DNA of 64,000 nucleotides from Escherichia coli (GTDB lineage Bacteria; Pseudomonadota; Gammaproteobacteria; Enterobacterales; Enterobacteriaceae): NCBI RefSeq assembly GCF_044647545.1, contig NZ_CP172818.1; one strand, 5' to 3'. Shown piece by piece: positions 63,113 to 64,000 of this stretch (position 1 is its first letter; each line of letters starts with the position of its first letter). The notes under the pieces were generated by a model. It saw only the letters and a program-made list of their open reading frames with translations, ran no database searches and was not told where the DNA came from. The position numbers and the translations under genes were made by a program.

Positions 63113-64000
63113 TCAGGCAAATATCGTCATCAAATAGGCGGCAAACAGTGCCAGATGCGCTGCGCCATTGAGCACGTTAGTTCGTCCGGTGGAGAAGGAG
63201 ATATGGCACAGTACTAAAGAGGCCACCATCACCACCATTTCTGGCGCACCAAGTGCAAACTGCAATTCGTTACCCGTCATAAAGGCAATTAGCGTGACGA
63301 CAGGTACGGTAAGCGAAATGGTTGCTAACACTGAACCAAAGAACAGATTCATCGCGCGCTGGACCTGGTTATTCAACACTGCTTTTAACGCACCTAAACC
63401 TTCCGGCGACAGAATCAACAGAGCCACCAGGAAGCCAGTAAAGGCGACAGGCGCATTCATGCTGTCGAGCAATGTCTCCAGCGGGCTGGCGTTCATTTTG
63501 GTGACTGCAATAACGGCAATCAGATGGATAATCAACCAGATAGCATGCCACAGGCTGCTATGGGCAGACGGTTTACCGTGGTGCGGGTCGTCATCATCAC
63601 TGTCATCTTCGTGCTCGTAGACAAACAAACTTTGATGCGTTTTGGTCTGGATCAGCAAAAATACGCCATACATTGCCGCAGAAATTAATGCTACCAGTAA
63701 CGCCTGACCGGTTGAAAAATTCGCCGCAGGCAGAGCCATTGGAAATACCAGTACGATTATCGCCAGGGGGAACAGCGCAATTAAATACTGCTTGATACCA
63801 AACAGATTCATATATTGGGTGGCAAACTTGCGTCCGCCCAACAATAATGAAAAGCCAACCAGCCCACCGGTAACAATCATAATGATTGAATAGAGCGTAT
63901 CACGCATTAGCGTTGGCGCGGCGTCGCCGGTTGCCATTAAAGCTGAAATCAAACTGACTTCAAGAATAACCACTGAAAGGCTAAGAATAAGCGAACCGTA
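63113..64000 (-). CDS. chaA: Ca2+/H+ (Na+/H+) antiporter ChaA, 3' portion (N-terminus beyond window end)
   Basis: Open frame running off the window end; multi-TM with acidic loop EHEDDSDDDDPHHG. Confidence 0.9.
   Translation of the reverse strand, partial: YGSLILSLSVVILEVSLISALMATGDAAPTLMRDTLYSIIMIVTGGLVGFSLLLGGRKFATQYMNLFGIKQYLIALFPLAIIVLVFPMALPAANFSTGQALLVALISAAMYGVFLLIQTKTHQSLFVYEHEDDSDDDDPHHGKPSAHSSLWHAIWLIIHLIAVIAVTKMNASPLETLLDSMNAPVAFTGFLVALLILSPEGLGALKAVLNNQVQRAMNLFFGSVLATISLTVPVVTLIAFMTGNELQFALGAPEMVVMVASLVLCHISFSTGRTNVLNGAAHLALFAAYLMTIFA

Overview
This window reads as an Escherichia coli chromosomal segment collinear with the K-12 map from the right arm of the e14 cryptic prophage to chaA. 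Gene identities were assigned by recognising the translated ORFs from memory of K-12 proteins; no database search was run. The order is: e14 tail-fiber inversion module (stfP, tfaP, tfaE, stfE, pin), mcrA, icdC, then iraM, ycgX, bluR, bluF, ycgZ-ymgA-ariR-ymgC, pdeG, ymgF, ycgH, ymgD, ymgG, ycgI, minE-minD-minC, ycgJ, pliG, ycgL-ycgM-ycgN, hlyE, umuDC, dsbB, nhaB, fadR, ycgB, dadAX, cvrA, ldcA, emtA, ycgR, ymgE, treA, dhaMLK, dhaR, ycgV, ychF, pth, ychH, dauA, prs, ispE, lolB, hemA, prfA, prmC, sirB2, sirB1, kdsA, tandem ldr/rdl type I toxin-antitoxin repeats and the 3' part of chaA. I did not find a gene cluster that looks like a new, undescribed system; almost every ORF of meaningful length maps to a known gene. 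The strain is K-12-like but not identical to MG1655 as I remember it: pin carries two frameshifts, stfE has an in-frame stop, ycgV is broken into at least five ORF fragments, no intact ycgY is present, and the ldr region has two intact toxin copies plus a degenerate middle unit. The second-look items are therefore small-scale: a locked tail-fiber inversion switch, a duplicated hairpin repeat bracketing iraM, a perfect 24-bp-arm palindrome upstream of pdeG, a terminator-bounded unassigned interval next to minE, and the unusual ldr/rdl architecture. No CRISPR array, rRNA, tRNA or IS element was identified.
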